From positions 1,152,001 to 1,216,000 of the forward strand of contig OZ223269.1 in the NCBI GenBank assembly GCA_965140585.1: DNA of 64,000 nt, given 5' to 3'. The notes beneath the pieces were generated by a model. The model had not been told where the DNA came from and did not search any database. It saw only the letters and a program-made list of their open reading frames with translations. Positions 1 through 9,031 of the stretch are shown here, piece after piece. A program made the translations under genes and the position numbers. This stretch comes from Spirochaetia bacterium. Lineage in GTDB: Bacteria > Spirochaetota > Spirochaetia > UBA9216. Numbering within the stretch: position 1 is the first letter of the stretch; each line of letters starts with the position of its first letter.

Positions 1-58
1 AGATCATGATGAATATCGCAGTGAAAATCACAATACCGGCAATTGCAAGTATACTCAT
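1..58 (-). CDS. 5' end of a membrane protein (MSILAIAGIVIFTAIFIMI...), possibly an ArsB/NhaD-type ion transporter; runs off the window
   Basis: ATG at 58 preceded by GGAGG (66-70), 4 nt after the stop of the PTS-CBS gene. The 19 visible codons are hydrophobic. Family guess is from context only. Confidence 0.55.
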   Translation of the reverse strand, partial: MSILAIAGIVIFTAIFIMI

Positions 59-62
59 GATG

Positions 63-956
63 CTACCTCCTTAAAACCTTTGTAAGAATGTCCATGATGT
101 TGAGTATTCCAACAATTCTGCCTTCCTGAATAACCGGCAGATGTCTTAGTCCGCCCTTGGTCATTTTTAATGCAGCCTCTATGACTGATGCTCCGGGTTT
201 AAGTATTTCAACGGGCTTTTTCATAACATCCCTTGTAAGAATGTTTTCTTCTTCACGAAGAAGCTTTTCAAAAGGCTCAAAATTAGACAGAAAACTCAGG
301 CTTCCGATCGAAACAGCATACTGGGGAATACCTATAGCTATTAAGTCATTAATCCTGACTTCACCCAGGAAATTATTGCTGTTGTCCACAACCGGAAGGT
401 AGCTTGTCCTCTCCTTGTAGAAGATATCAATAAGCTCTTTGATAGTATTTTCCGGCTTGATTGAATTAAAATCAGTGATCATTATGTCTTCAACTGTGAG
501 ATCTTTTTTGATATATATTGTTGAAAGCAGACTGTGAATATCATCTACTGAAGCGCCGGCGATTAGCTGCTTATAAAATTCTCTGTCAGTTGACATTCTT
601 GAGAATGAAGCAAGAACCTGAAGATAGGTATTAGACACACTCAGAGAGGTAAGCATGATGACAAAGCAGCTTACATCCACGTCCTCAACCCTTATTGGAT
701 TCTTCGGGAGTACCATCATGATAACAAGGTCTTCAAAATCCTTCAGTCTTGCATGGGGAATGGCCATACCTGTTAGAAATACTGTTCCGCCCAGTGTATC
801 GCGCTCCATTATTGCATCTATAGCATCTTTTTTACTTATCGACAGTGACCTGGATTGATACAGCTGTCCAATAGCTTCCCTGATCACGTCTTCCCGGGTT
901 TCCGCCTTGCTCCCGGTGATTATATATTCTTTTTCGATTAGAGATGACAGTTTCAT
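63..956 (-). CDS. PTS EIIA (Ntr/Fru-type) domain fused to a CBS-domain pair
   Basis: GMAIPHAR phospho-His motif; two CBS repeats (TVEDIM...LPVVD...GEV, TRDVM...LPVIQEGRIVGIL). Start moved to ATG 956, which has AGGAGG upstream. Confidence 0.88.
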   Translation of the reverse strand: MKLSSLIEKEYIITGSKAETREDVIREAIGQLYQSRSLSISKKDAIDAIMERDTLGGTVFLTGMAIPHARLKDFEDLVIMMVLPKNPIRVEDVDVSCFVIMLTSLSVSNTYLQVLASFSRMSTDREFYKQLIAGASVDDIHSLLSTIYIKKDLTVEDIMITDFNSIKPENTIKELIDIFYKERTSYLPVVDNSNNFLGEVRINDLIAIGIPQYAVSIGSLSFLSNFEPFEKLLREEENILTRDVMKKPVEILKPGASVIEAALKMTKGGLRHLPVIQEGRIVGILNIMDILTKVLRR

Positions 957-974
957 GTATCCCTCCTGAGATAA

Positions 975-1003
975 AGAATATGTATGCATACACACTTTGT
1001 CAA
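975..1003 (-). promoter_or_regulatory. sigma70-type promoter of the PTS-CBS operon with a palindrome in its spacer
   Basis: TTGACA (1003-998), 17 nt, TATTCT (980-975). Perfect palindrome TGTATGCATACA at 981-992. Confidence 0.7.
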
Positions 1004-1123
1004 TAGTGTACTATAAGGTATTATAAAAGACTTTTAGAGACTCCTGAGATAAATAGAAATAAAATTTTTTAAGTAAAAGACTTTGATTTTAACTTAGTTT
1101 ATAGTATCTTTCTAAATAGGAAC

Positions 1124-2257
1124 ATGGAACAATCATTTGTTGAACGCCCAAGCGCAGAGCGTCTGCTCGATATTATCTTTGATTACCTGAAGCGCATTGC
1201 AAAAGAAAGAAGCGTAGACAGGATTCTCAATGTTATTGCCGACTTCGGCAGGGATATTGTATGCGCAGACCGCTGTACCGTTTGGCTTATTGATGAAAGA
1301 AGCAGAATTCTCTGGACAATAGTAGCACACGGTGTCGACAGGATTGAAATTCCTCTCGCGAAGGGGATTGCCGGAGTGGTTGCAACCAGCGGTGAACCTT
1401 TAATAATAAACGACCCTTATTCCGATGACAGATTTGATAAGGAAGTTGATCAGAAAACCGGCTACCATACCTACGGAATTATTGCCCTGCCCATCAGGGA
1501 CAGCCACGGTAAAATGATCGGTGTTGTTCAGGTTTTAAACAGCCTTACCGAGCAGAAAGAATTTACCAGAGAAGATCAGGAAAGACTCGTTCTTGCAGCA
1601 AGTTATGCCGGTAACCAGCTTGAAGCTGTTCTTCTTCAGGAAGAAACAGAAAGCTCATTCAAGGAAATGATTTTCGCACTTGCGGAAGCTGGTGAAATGA
1701 GATCAAAAGAAACCGGTAATCATGTAAAGCGTGTTTCAGAATTTTCTCGAATACTGGCCCTCCATTACGGCTTGAAGGAACAGGACGCGGTACTGCTTAA
1801 AACAGCATCACCGCTCCATGATATAGGAAAGATTGCGATACCTGATGAAATACTGCTTAAACCCGGACCTCTTACAGAAGATGAAAAGCAGAGAATGAAA
1901 AGTCATACCCTTATCGGATTTGACATGCTTAATCATTCGGAACGTCAGATATTCAAGGCAGCTGCAGAAATTGCTCTTCAGCACCATGAAAAATGGGACG
2001 GCAGCGGGTATCCCAATGGTCTTAAGGGCGAGGATATCAGTCTATACGGCAGAATCACGGCTGTTGCTGATGTTTTTGATGCCATATCCAATTCAAGAGT
2101 TTATAAGGCAGCCTGGGATAAAGAAAGTGTTTTTGATCTATTTGAAGAAGAAAAAGGCAAACACTTTGACCCAGTGCTTGTTGATATTCTTATTGAAAAT
2201 TTTGAAGAATTCTGGGCTGTTAACGAACAGCTTGCCGATGACAACTTTTCCGGCTGA
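1124..2257 (+). CDS. GAF + HD-GYP cyclic-dinucleotide phosphodiesterase
   Basis: GAF (GIAGVVA...LIINDPY.DDRF...D.KTGY.T); ETGNHVKRV, LHDIGK, HHEKWDGSGYP and VADVFDA motifs intact. Confidence 0.93.
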   Translation: MEQSFVERPSAERLLDIIFDYLKRIAKERSVDRILNVIADFGRDIVCADRCTVWLIDERSRILWTIVAHGVDRIEIPLAKGIAGVVATSGEPLIINDPYSDDRFDKEVDQKTGYHTYGIIALPIRDSHGKMIGVVQVLNSLTEQKEFTREDQERLVLAASYAGNQLEAVLLQEETESSFKEMIFALAEAGEMRSKETGNHVKRVSEFSRILALHYGLKEQDAVLLKTASPLHDIGKIAIPDEILLKPGPLTEDEKQRMKSHTLIGFDMLNHSERQIFKAAAEIALQHHEKWDGSGYPNGLKGEDISLYGRITAVADVFDAISNSRVYKAAWDKESVFDLFEEEKGKHFDPVLVDILIENFEEFWAVNEQLADDNFSG

Positions 2258-2329
2258 GAATTATAAATAATTTCAAAAAAGTTTTAACTTGCAAAAGACT
2301 GCAGTTACCAATATATTCTATATAGCATA

Positions 2330-3091
2330 ATGAGAAATAAAAAACGTAACTTGAAAACTCTTTTACTAAGAGAAATATTTCCAACCCTCATCCATTACTG
2401 CCTTAATTACTTTTTCACAATCATCATGCTCATACCCGTAATTTTATTTTCCCTTTTGAGACTCGATGCCCTGAACAGGCTCCTGTTGAAATTCTGGGCT
2501 CATTCACTTTTCTGGAGCATGGGGAGAAGAGTGCATATTACGAACAGGAATTACATAGAGAAAGGAAAATCCTACATAGCAGTTATGAACCATACCAGCT
2601 ATCTGGACATTCCTGCGGTAATGACTGTAATTCCCAACGGAGCCTGGGTGGGGCGTGAAAAACTCCTTCATCTTCCGCTTTTCAATATAATGCTGAAAAG
2701 ACTCAAGTATATTCCTATAGAACCTTCAAGCTGGCGGAAAAGCCTGGAAGCCATCAAGCTGGCAGCAGAACGATCTAATGAGGGACTTGTTATCCTGATG
2801 TTTCCGGAAGGAACCAGGACAGATGACGGCGGCATAGCAGATTTCAGAAAGGGCTTTATCCGCATTTTAAGGGAATCGGAAACTGACGTTCTGCCGATAA
2901 CAATTAATGGGCTGTATTACTGGAAATCAAAATATCAAAAACACATAAACACAACTGAACAGCTTGAAATAGTAATAGGCCGCCCGCTGGAGGCCGAAAA
3001 ACTTTTGGAATTATCAGATTTTGAAATTGCTCTTAAAGTAAAAGAGGCTGTAGAATCTGAATACCGATACAGTAAACGAACAGAGGGATAA
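2330..3091 (+). CDS. plsC: 1-acyl-sn-glycerol-3-phosphate / lysophospholipid acyltransferase
   Basis: NHTSYLD (HxxxxD) and FPEGTR motifs; N-terminal membrane segment. Confidence 0.88.
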   Translation: MRNKKRNLKTLLLREIFPTLIHYCLNYFFTIIMLIPVILFSLLRLDALNRLLLKFWAHSLFWSMGRRVHITNRNYIEKGKSYIAVMNHTSYLDIPAVMTVIPNGAWVGREKLLHLPLFNIMLKRLKYIPIEPSSWRKSLEAIKLAAERSNEGLVILMFPEGTRTDDGGIADFRKGFIRILRESETDVLPITINGLYYWKSKYQKHINTTEQLEIVIGRPLEAEKLLELSDFEIALKVKEAVESEYRYSKRTEG

Positions 3092-3093
3092 TT

Positions 3094-4020
3094 ATGGCAA
3101 AATGGGGTGTAATAATAAATCCGGCAGCAGGCGGCGGACTTTCTGATGATAAACGTCAGATGATAATGAAAAAATTCAACAGAATAGATGATTCCGCATT
3201 GATTAAATTCACGGAGCAGCCCGGTCATGCAACCCAGCTGGCTGAGGAAATGATAAACAAGGGTATTACACTCATAGCAGTTGCAGGCGGAGACGGGACC
3301 TTTAATGAGGCAGCGAAGGCAGCTCTTGGTCATGATGTGACTCTCGGAGTCGTCCCCACAGGTACCGGAAATGATTTTATGCAGATCAGCGGATTCAGCG
3401 ACGTTTTTGAACAGTTTGAATGGGATACCTTCCTTAATGCTGATGTAAAAGCTATAGATGTCGGTGACTGCAACGGTAATCCCTTTTTCAATGGAATGGG
3501 AATAGGTTTCGACGCAGAAATGACAGCAGCCGTTACCGAAGACCGGCTAAGAACCGGACGTATTAGCAGGGCAAAGTATAACTACTACATAGTAAAAACA
3601 CTTCTTGGCTATAAAGAACGGGAACTGACTTTTACCAGAGACGGCAGTTCTACTACAGAAAAATGTTTTATGACCACCTGTTCTATCGGACGGCGTTTTG
3701 CAGGTAATTTCTTCCTGACCCCGAAAGCCATTGCTGACGACGGACTTCTGGATGTACTGCATATAAACCCTTTAAAACTGATGAAGCGAATGACTATTCT
3801 AACCCAAGTTCCCAAGGGCAGTCATATTACTGATCCGCTGATTCAGTACTTCAGGGCATCAACACTTAAACTGACTTTCTCACAGAAAGTAGCAGCCCAT
3901 CTTGACGGTGAGTTGATTTTTTCTGACTCCTTCGATATCAGAATAATACCAGGAGCTTTGAAGCTGATATACAACCCCGATGGAAACCATTATTTCAGTC
4001 AAAATTCAGGTAAAGCATAG
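3094..4020 (+). CDS. diacylglycerol/lipid kinase family protein (YegS/BmrU-like)
   Basis: NPAAGGG, GGDGT, GTGND, IDVG, DDGLLD and DGE motifs. Confidence 0.9.
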   Translation: MAKWGVIINPAAGGGLSDDKRQMIMKKFNRIDDSALIKFTEQPGHATQLAEEMINKGITLIAVAGGDGTFNEAAKAALGHDVTLGVVPTGTGNDFMQISGFSDVFEQFEWDTFLNADVKAIDVGDCNGNPFFNGMGIGFDAEMTAAVTEDRLRTGRISRAKYNYYIVKTLLGYKERELTFTRDGSSTTEKCFMTTCSIGRRFAGNFFLTPKAIADDGLLDVLHINPLKLMKRMTILTQVPKGSHITDPLIQYFRASTLKLTFSQKVAAHLDGELIFSDSFDIRIIPGALKLIYNPDGNHYFSQNSGKA

Positions 4021-5426
4021 GCACCGTAGAGGGAATAATAGTTTGTATAAAAGTCAATTGACTCCCTGTATTCCGAGATCCTGTCAGTATAGAGATTTAA
4101 TTCCTCTTCGAGCAAATCTGTTTCATCACCGGAGCCGGCTGTAAACTGGGTCTGCTTGATACCAATCTGAAGGTTATCGTTTTCCTGTTTAAGACGGTGA
4201 TATTCTATGTTCCGTCTGTTTAACTCAAGTTTGAGCAGTGTTTCGGAAATATACTGTCTGATGGAATCAACACCGTCTTCGTAATCATACATCGCTTTCT
4301 CTAGCTCATAGCTGTCTTTTTCAGCATCTGCAAGCGCACTGCCTCCGTCAAAAACATTTCCTGAAACCGCTATGGTGGATGTCAGCCCAAGTGAATCCTG
4401 ACCGAACCAATCCGTTTCGATAAATGGAAAGCGTGACCCCGAGTATGAAAGTTCAAAATGCAGCCCGATATCCGGTTTAAAACCTGTTGCGGCCCTGGTG
4501 ATATCGAGTTTTAATTCATTTATTCTTTGCACTTTGGTCAGCAGCTGAATATCAGGGTTGTTTGAAAGTGAGCTGTTCATACATTCATCAAGCCCGGGAA
4601 CCTCCAGACTGCTTATCTCACTGATGAAATCAAAATCAAAATCCCGGGCGGAAATATCCTTTATTCCCGAAAGCCTTGCCAGCTGAAGGAGGGTCTGTTC
4701 CCGCTGCTGTAAAAGCTGAGCCTCGGCAACACTAATCTCACTTGCTTTAATCCGGGCATCCAGCAAATCAGCATAGAGTATAAATCCGTTTTTGTATGAT
4801 TCATCCGCTATTTCTATCATCCTTTCAGAAACTGATTTCTGCATCTTCAGGGTATCTTCAATCATGCTTATGTAATAAAGAACGTATGAGTAAACATAAA
4901 GGCTTGTACGTATTTCATGCTGCTTCTTCTGAAGCTGCAGCCCGCTTGTTTCATTGATGGAACTGTACAGCAGCTCCATATTCTTTATTTTACCCCAGGT
5001 GAAAACGGGCTGATCGACAGTAAACTGAAAATTATAATGAGTATTTTCCGAACCCTTGTATATAACCATATCTTCAGCAGGAAGAAGAATATCGCTTCCT
5101 CCCATAGTATAGCTTCCCAGTTCTCCTGCCGTGAGAGTAATAGGCTCTATCATGGGATTGGTCATATAAGTCATGGTAGTTTGAAAATCTACCGTTGGAA
5201 AACGAGCGGCTTTTGCCTTTTTAAGCTCAGCTTCAGACTGCATCTTCTCAATTCCCAGCTGTATCAGGCTTATATTGTTCTCAACAGCCGATTTATAGAG
5301 GCTTTCAGGTGTTAGTTTCAAAGAATCCTCTGCAGCGAGCAGCTGAGTACAGCTAAAGAGAACTGCAGCAATAATTATTTTCAAAAATCCGGATATCTTT
5401 CGGGCAGCTCTTAGTTTTTTTCTCAT
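3999..5426 (-). CDS. TolC-family outer membrane efflux channel
   Basis: Signal peptide; two OEP halves (AVENN...AKAARFPTVDF, NNPDI...FKPDIGL); RND pump nearby. Confidence 0.85.
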   Translation of the reverse strand: MRKKLRAARKISGFLKIIIAAVLFSCTQLLAAEDSLKLTPESLYKSAVENNISLIQLGIEKMQSEAELKKAKAARFPTVDFQTTMTYMTNPMIEPITLTAGELGSYTMGGSDILLPAEDMVIYKGSENTHYNFQFTVDQPVFTWGKIKNMELLYSSINETSGLQLQKKQHEIRTSLYVYSYVLYYISMIEDTLKMQKSVSERMIEIADESYKNGFILYADLLDARIKASEISVAEAQLLQQREQTLLQLARLSGIKDISARDFDFDFISEISSLEVPGLDECMNSSLSNNPDIQLLTKVQRINELKLDITRAATGFKPDIGLHFELSYSGSRFPFIETDWFGQDSLGLTSTIAVSGNVFDGGSALADAEKDSYELEKAMYDYEDGVDSIRQYISETLLKLELNRRNIEYHRLKQENDNLQIGIKQTQFTAGSGDETDLLEEELNLYTDRISEYRESIDFYTNYYSLYGAYALPEF

Positions 5427-7216
5427 TGTTTAAGACTCACATAGTTTGAAGATCCCGCGGTAACATAGCCTTTCTCAAGATTAGCTGAATTTGCAATATC
5501 ATATGCGCCAGCCTCAATTTCAGCAGAGGTCGGTAGATACAGGTAGTATGAGGCACGGCTCTGGTTACCGGTGTAAGCTGTATCTGTCCATTCAAGACCG
5601 TCAAATGAGAAATGGCCCTTCTCATAATTATTGGTGTCTATTACCTGGTTTACAGTGGTATCAATATAATCAGGAGCATCTCCGTCTGCCGGAGCGGCAG
5701 TCAGAAGCGTTGCAGCATCAGGATTAAAAAACAGCCAGACTTCAACGCCGTTTACCTGCAGGGTTCCTGCAGCGTTCCAGACTTCTCCGGACAATGTTTC
5801 GCTGAACTCGGTCTGCTTGATAACTATGCTCCCCATATCAGTGCTCTGTTCATTGTGAAGGATATAATTGGTGTGAGCGGATGCATCATAATAGGCGGGT
5901 TCATAGTAGGCGTCAGACTCATCCGATTCTGTTGTCCCATTTCCATCCCGATCCCAGCCTCCGTCTGTCAACTTTGAATCTGTTGAATTATCTATAAGAA
6001 AGCTGTTCTTTGTAAAAACTATTCTCACGCAGCTGGTTTCAAGGTTGTTTGTTTCAGATGGACGTCTCACAAACTCGACAGTCTGAGAGTATTCGCCTGA
6101 ATCATCTGTAGTTACAGTATATGTGGGATTCTCCGGCCAGACGATATCGGCGTAAATTATACTTTCCGGATCTGATGAATCACTGTAGGTCCATTCTTCG
6201 GCTGCAAATATTTCTACCGTAACATTCGGTTCACCTTCGCCGGTGTTTGAATTAATTACAGTCCCGGAAATATCTGAAGTATTATACTCATCAGCAAGAG
6301 CGGTTGTTCCTGCATCATGATATGTTCCGGCTGATATCTCTGCAGTCTGCAGGTAGCCGATATTCTCATCATCATCAACAACCCCGTTAGCATCAACATC
6401 CCATCCGCCGTCGGTTATGTCGGCATCAGAGGCGTTCTCTGCTATGTAACCTCCGGCAGAGTAGGTAATTCTTACAATCACTGTACCGGCGTTATCGGTA
6501 GAAGAGGGCAGCATCTTATAAGAGATTTCTCTTGTCCATTCGCCGTTATCGTCTGTGGTCGAAGTATATGTCGGATTTTCAGCCCAGGTAAAACTGTCTT
6601 CATCCGTATTTACAGAACCTTCAGAATTGTACTCCCAGGACAGGGGCACCCATATATTCACTGTTGCATTTGCAATGTAATCGCCGGTTGCAGCTTCCGT
6701 AACAACTCCGGTTATTTCTGCTGTATTCATAATTTTATTAAGCGTAATCACGGGAATCCGGTTTGTAACATCAGAGACTATATACACCGGTGAAGGATTT
6801 GCCGCCAGGCCGTAGTTACGATGGTAGAATAGCAGAAAGACCTCTTTCCTGTCCCCGGACTTACCGTATTTCGGAAACAAATCATTCCAGATAAGGCCGT
6901 TGAAAGTGTAGTCGCCCTGATCATCTGTCACCGTCTTATTAAAGTAAAGGGGCTCAGTATCAGTCCGGTTCTCTGGCAGAAAACTTTCGTCAGACTGCCA
7001 GGCCTCAAGATCGGTAAGCTGATCGGCCTTATCAAGATAAAGATATACATAGGCATCACTTATTCCCGCGCCTGAATCTCCGTTTTCATACAATTCATAG
7101 TCTGAAATGTTTCCGTTTGCAGAACTCGTAAAGACAACAGAACAGCCTGTAAGAAGTAATGATGACATAATTAAAGTAAATGTTGAAAGCAGGATATTTT
7201 TTTTAAGTTTTATCAT
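5423..7216 (-). CDS. acidic multidomain lipoprotein with repeated carboxypeptidase-regulatory/prealbumin-like beta-sandwich domains
   Basis: Lipobox LLLTG-C after a basic plus hydrophobic leader; GGAG RBS before ATG 7216; repeated ITG.V...TG...NATV and T.TDD.G.(Y/W) motifs; ATGA overlap with the TolC start. Confidence 0.75.
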   Translation of the reverse strand: MIKLKKNILLSTFTLIMSSLLLTGCSVVFTSSANGNISDYELYENGDSGAGISDAYVYLYLDKADQLTDLEAWQSDESFLPENRTDTEPLYFNKTVTDDQGDYTFNGLIWNDLFPKYGKSGDRKEVFLLFYHRNYGLAANPSPVYIVSDVTNRIPVITLNKIMNTAEITGVVTEAATGDYIANATVNIWVPLSWEYNSEGSVNTDEDSFTWAENPTYTSTTDDNGEWTREISYKMLPSSTDNAGTVIVRITYSAGGYIAENASDADITDGGWDVDANGVVDDDENIGYLQTAEISAGTYHDAGTTALADEYNTSDISGTVINSNTGEGEPNVTVEIFAAEEWTYSDSSDPESIIYADIVWPENPTYTVTTDDSGEYSQTVEFVRRPSETNNLETSCVRIVFTKNSFLIDNSTDSKLTDGGWDRDGNGTTESDESDAYYEPAYYDASAHTNYILHNEQSTDMGSIVIKQTEFSETLSGEVWNAAGTLQVNGVEVWLFFNPDAATLLTAAPADGDAPDYIDTTVNQVIDTNNYEKGHFSFDGLEWTDTAYTGNQSRASYYLYLPTSAEIEAGAYDIANSANLEKGYVTAGSSNYVSLKQ

Positions 7217-7232
7217 ATATAAAGTCTCCAAA

Positions 7233-7250
7233 AAAGAATGCTCGTTCTTT
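7233..7250. promoter_or_regulatory. putative TetR operator 1 (AAAGAAT-GCTC-GTTCTTT)
   Basis: Inverted repeat just downstream of the TTGAAT-17-TATATT promoter of the lipoprotein-TolC transcript; near copy at 7956-7973. Confidence 0.72.
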
Positions 7251-7256
7251 AATTAG

Positions 7257-7285
7257 AATATACATACCGATAGTTTGAAATTCAA
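7257..7285 (-). promoter_or_regulatory. sigma70-type promoter of lipoprotein-TolC
   Basis: TTGAAT (7285-7280), 17 nt, TATATT (7262-7257). Confidence 0.65.
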
Positions 7286-7301
7286 TAGGGATGAGCCATT
7301 T

Positions 7302-7904
7302 TTACTGATTGATTTCGATTCTGTCTACAAGACTTTTTAAAATGATTTCGTTCAGCACTTTTTTGACATCACGATAATCCATAAGTTCACCGCTGGCAAG
7401 CGAGATCCTGATTGCGTTGGCTATACCTGTTGCAACTATGGTTACGAATACAAAGAACTCCCTGTGATTTAGTTTAAGCATTCCATAGATACTTTCGGCA
7501 TCTCCCTGATGAAATCTTTCTGCGATTATTCCAGCCATCCGCTGATAAAAATTCTGAAGTTTATTCTGAAAACTAAGCTCATTGAAGATAACAGTAACGA
7601 TTTTGTTGTGATTTTTGATAAGCTGCATAATATTTTCAGTAAAACGCAGGGCTTTTTCCTGATTACTCATCTCTATATCAATATCCTGAAAGAGCTCTAT
7701 CCGCAGTATTTCAATACCGCCATCGAGGAGGGCATCGAATATTTCTTCCTTATTGGCAAAGTAAAGATAAATTGTTCCGACAGACAGACCCGATTCCGCA
7801 ACAATATCCTGGATGGATGTGGCATGAAATCCTTTTCTTGCAAAAAGTTCAGTTGCCGTCTTTATTATTATTTCTTTCTTTTTTTCATCTCTCTGTCTTG
7901 CCAT
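7302..7904 (-). CDS. TetR/AcrR family transcriptional regulator
   Basis: N-terminal HTH ATELFARKGFHATSIQDIV...GTIYLYFANKEEIF. Confidence 0.95.
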   Translation of the reverse strand: MARQRDEKKKEIIIKTATELFARKGFHATSIQDIVAESGLSVGTIYLYFANKEEIFDALLDGGIEILRIELFQDIDIEMSNQEKALRFTENIMQLIKNHNKIVTVIFNELSFQNKLQNFYQRMAGIIAERFHQGDAESIYGMLKLNHREFFVFVTIVATGIANAIRISLASGELMDYRDVKKVLNEIILKSLVDRIEINQ

Positions 7905-7910
7905 AAAATT

Positions 7911-7954
7911 AGTATCACAAATATATTGAAAAAAATCAATAAAATTCTTATATT
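7911..7954. promoter_or_regulatory. overlapping divergent promoters for tetR (-) and the MFP-RND genes (+), both apparently leaderless
   Basis: Plus: TTGAAA (7926-31), 17 nt, TATATT (7949-54), 6 nt, ATG. Minus: TTGATT (7939-34), 17 nt, GATACT (7916-11, with extended TG), 6 nt, ATG. No SD on either side. Confidence 0.68.
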
Positions 7955-7955
7955 A

Positions 7956-7973
7956 AAAGAATGAATATTCTTT
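7956..7973. promoter_or_regulatory. putative TetR operator 2 (AAAGAAT-GAAT-ATTCTTT), overlapping the MFP start codon
   Basis: Perfect 7-bp arms with a 4-nt spacer, same geometry as operator 1. Confidence 0.72.
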
Positions 7974-9022
7974 CTAAAAAGAAATTTGCTGTAATTATCA
8001 CCATCGCTGTACTTATAGCGGTTGTAGTTCTACTTTCTGCTGTCACCGTATTTGCCAGAAAGGAAATTCCCCAGGATTCCGAAGCTCCCGCTGGAACCCC
8101 GGTAAAAACAATCAAGCCGCAGCTAGGGTCTCTGGAAAAAGAGCTTAAACTTACCGGTTACGTAGAATCAAATGAAATCGTAACAGTTCTTCCTTTTGTT
8201 TCAGGAACGCTTGAAAGCCTTACCAAGAAAGCGGGGGATGCGGTTGAAAAAGGTGAGGTCATAGCAGAGATTGATTCAAAATCCTATGACCTTCAGCTAA
8301 AGCAGGCCGAGGCAGCATATTTTGGAATACAGTCTTCCTACGAAAGAATAGAACAGATGTATAATTCAGGTGCTGCAACCAGACAGAATTATGATCAAAC
8401 TAAATCCCAGTATGATGCATATAAATCCCAGTACGAACTTGCACAGCTCCAGGTAAGCTACACGCATATCGAAGCACCCATCAGCGGTACAGTTCTGAAA
8501 GTACATACAACTGAGGGAGCAATGGCAGCTCCCGAAATTCCGGTTTTGACAATTGGAAATCTTAAAAACCTCATAGTAAAATTGAGGGTGCCTGAGAAGT
8601 ATTATGAACTTTTTTCTAAAAATCCTGATATGAAGGTTACTGTCTCCAAGGACGGCCTGACAGCTTTTCATGCAGCAGAGATCCACGAAATATCACCTAT
8701 GATAAATGCTCAGACAAGAAACTTCGATATTGTTGCAGGAATAAGTGATAAGGATGCGAAGCTCCGTCCGGGAATGTTCGTCTATTGTATATTTGAAACC
8801 GACAGGCAGGAAGACCTGTGGTATCTTCCGCATTCCGTCTACGGTCCGGGTAATTCACTCTGGATAGTAAATCATACTGATGAAACTGCAGAAAAAATCA
8901 GTTTTGATGAGATTTATTCCAATAACCGTTTTTTTGCTATTCCGGAAAAATATTCAAACAGTGACTTTATTATCGAAGGACAGAGCTTTTTGGTTGAAGG
9001 CAGTCCGGTAAGTATCCGATAG
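7961..9022 (+). CDS. RND efflux periplasmic adaptor (membrane fusion protein)
   Basis: N-terminal TM; lipoyl halves (VSGTL...GDAVEKGEVIAEID, IEAPISGTV); LRPGMF motif. Confidence 0.93.
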   Translation: MNILSKKKFAVIITIAVLIAVVVLLSAVTVFARKEIPQDSEAPAGTPVKTIKPQLGSLEKELKLTGYVESNEIVTVLPFVSGTLESLTKKAGDAVEKGEVIAEIDSKSYDLQLKQAEAAYFGIQSSYERIEQMYNSGAATRQNYDQTKSQYDAYKSQYELAQLQVSYTHIEAPISGTVLKVHTTEGAMAAPEIPVLTIGNLKNLIVKLRVPEKYYELFSKNPDMKVTVSKDGLTAFHAAEIHEISPMINAQTRNFDIVAGISDKDAKLRPGMFVYCIFETDRQEDLWYLPHSVYGPGNSLWIVNHTDETAEKISFDEIYSNNRFFAIPEKYSNSDFIIEGQSFLVEGSPVSIR

Positions 9023-9031
9023 GGGCTGCGG

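Noticed and set aside
7509-7964. 151-aa ORF antisense to tetR
   Set aside because: Shadow of a well-supported gene; no recognisable features
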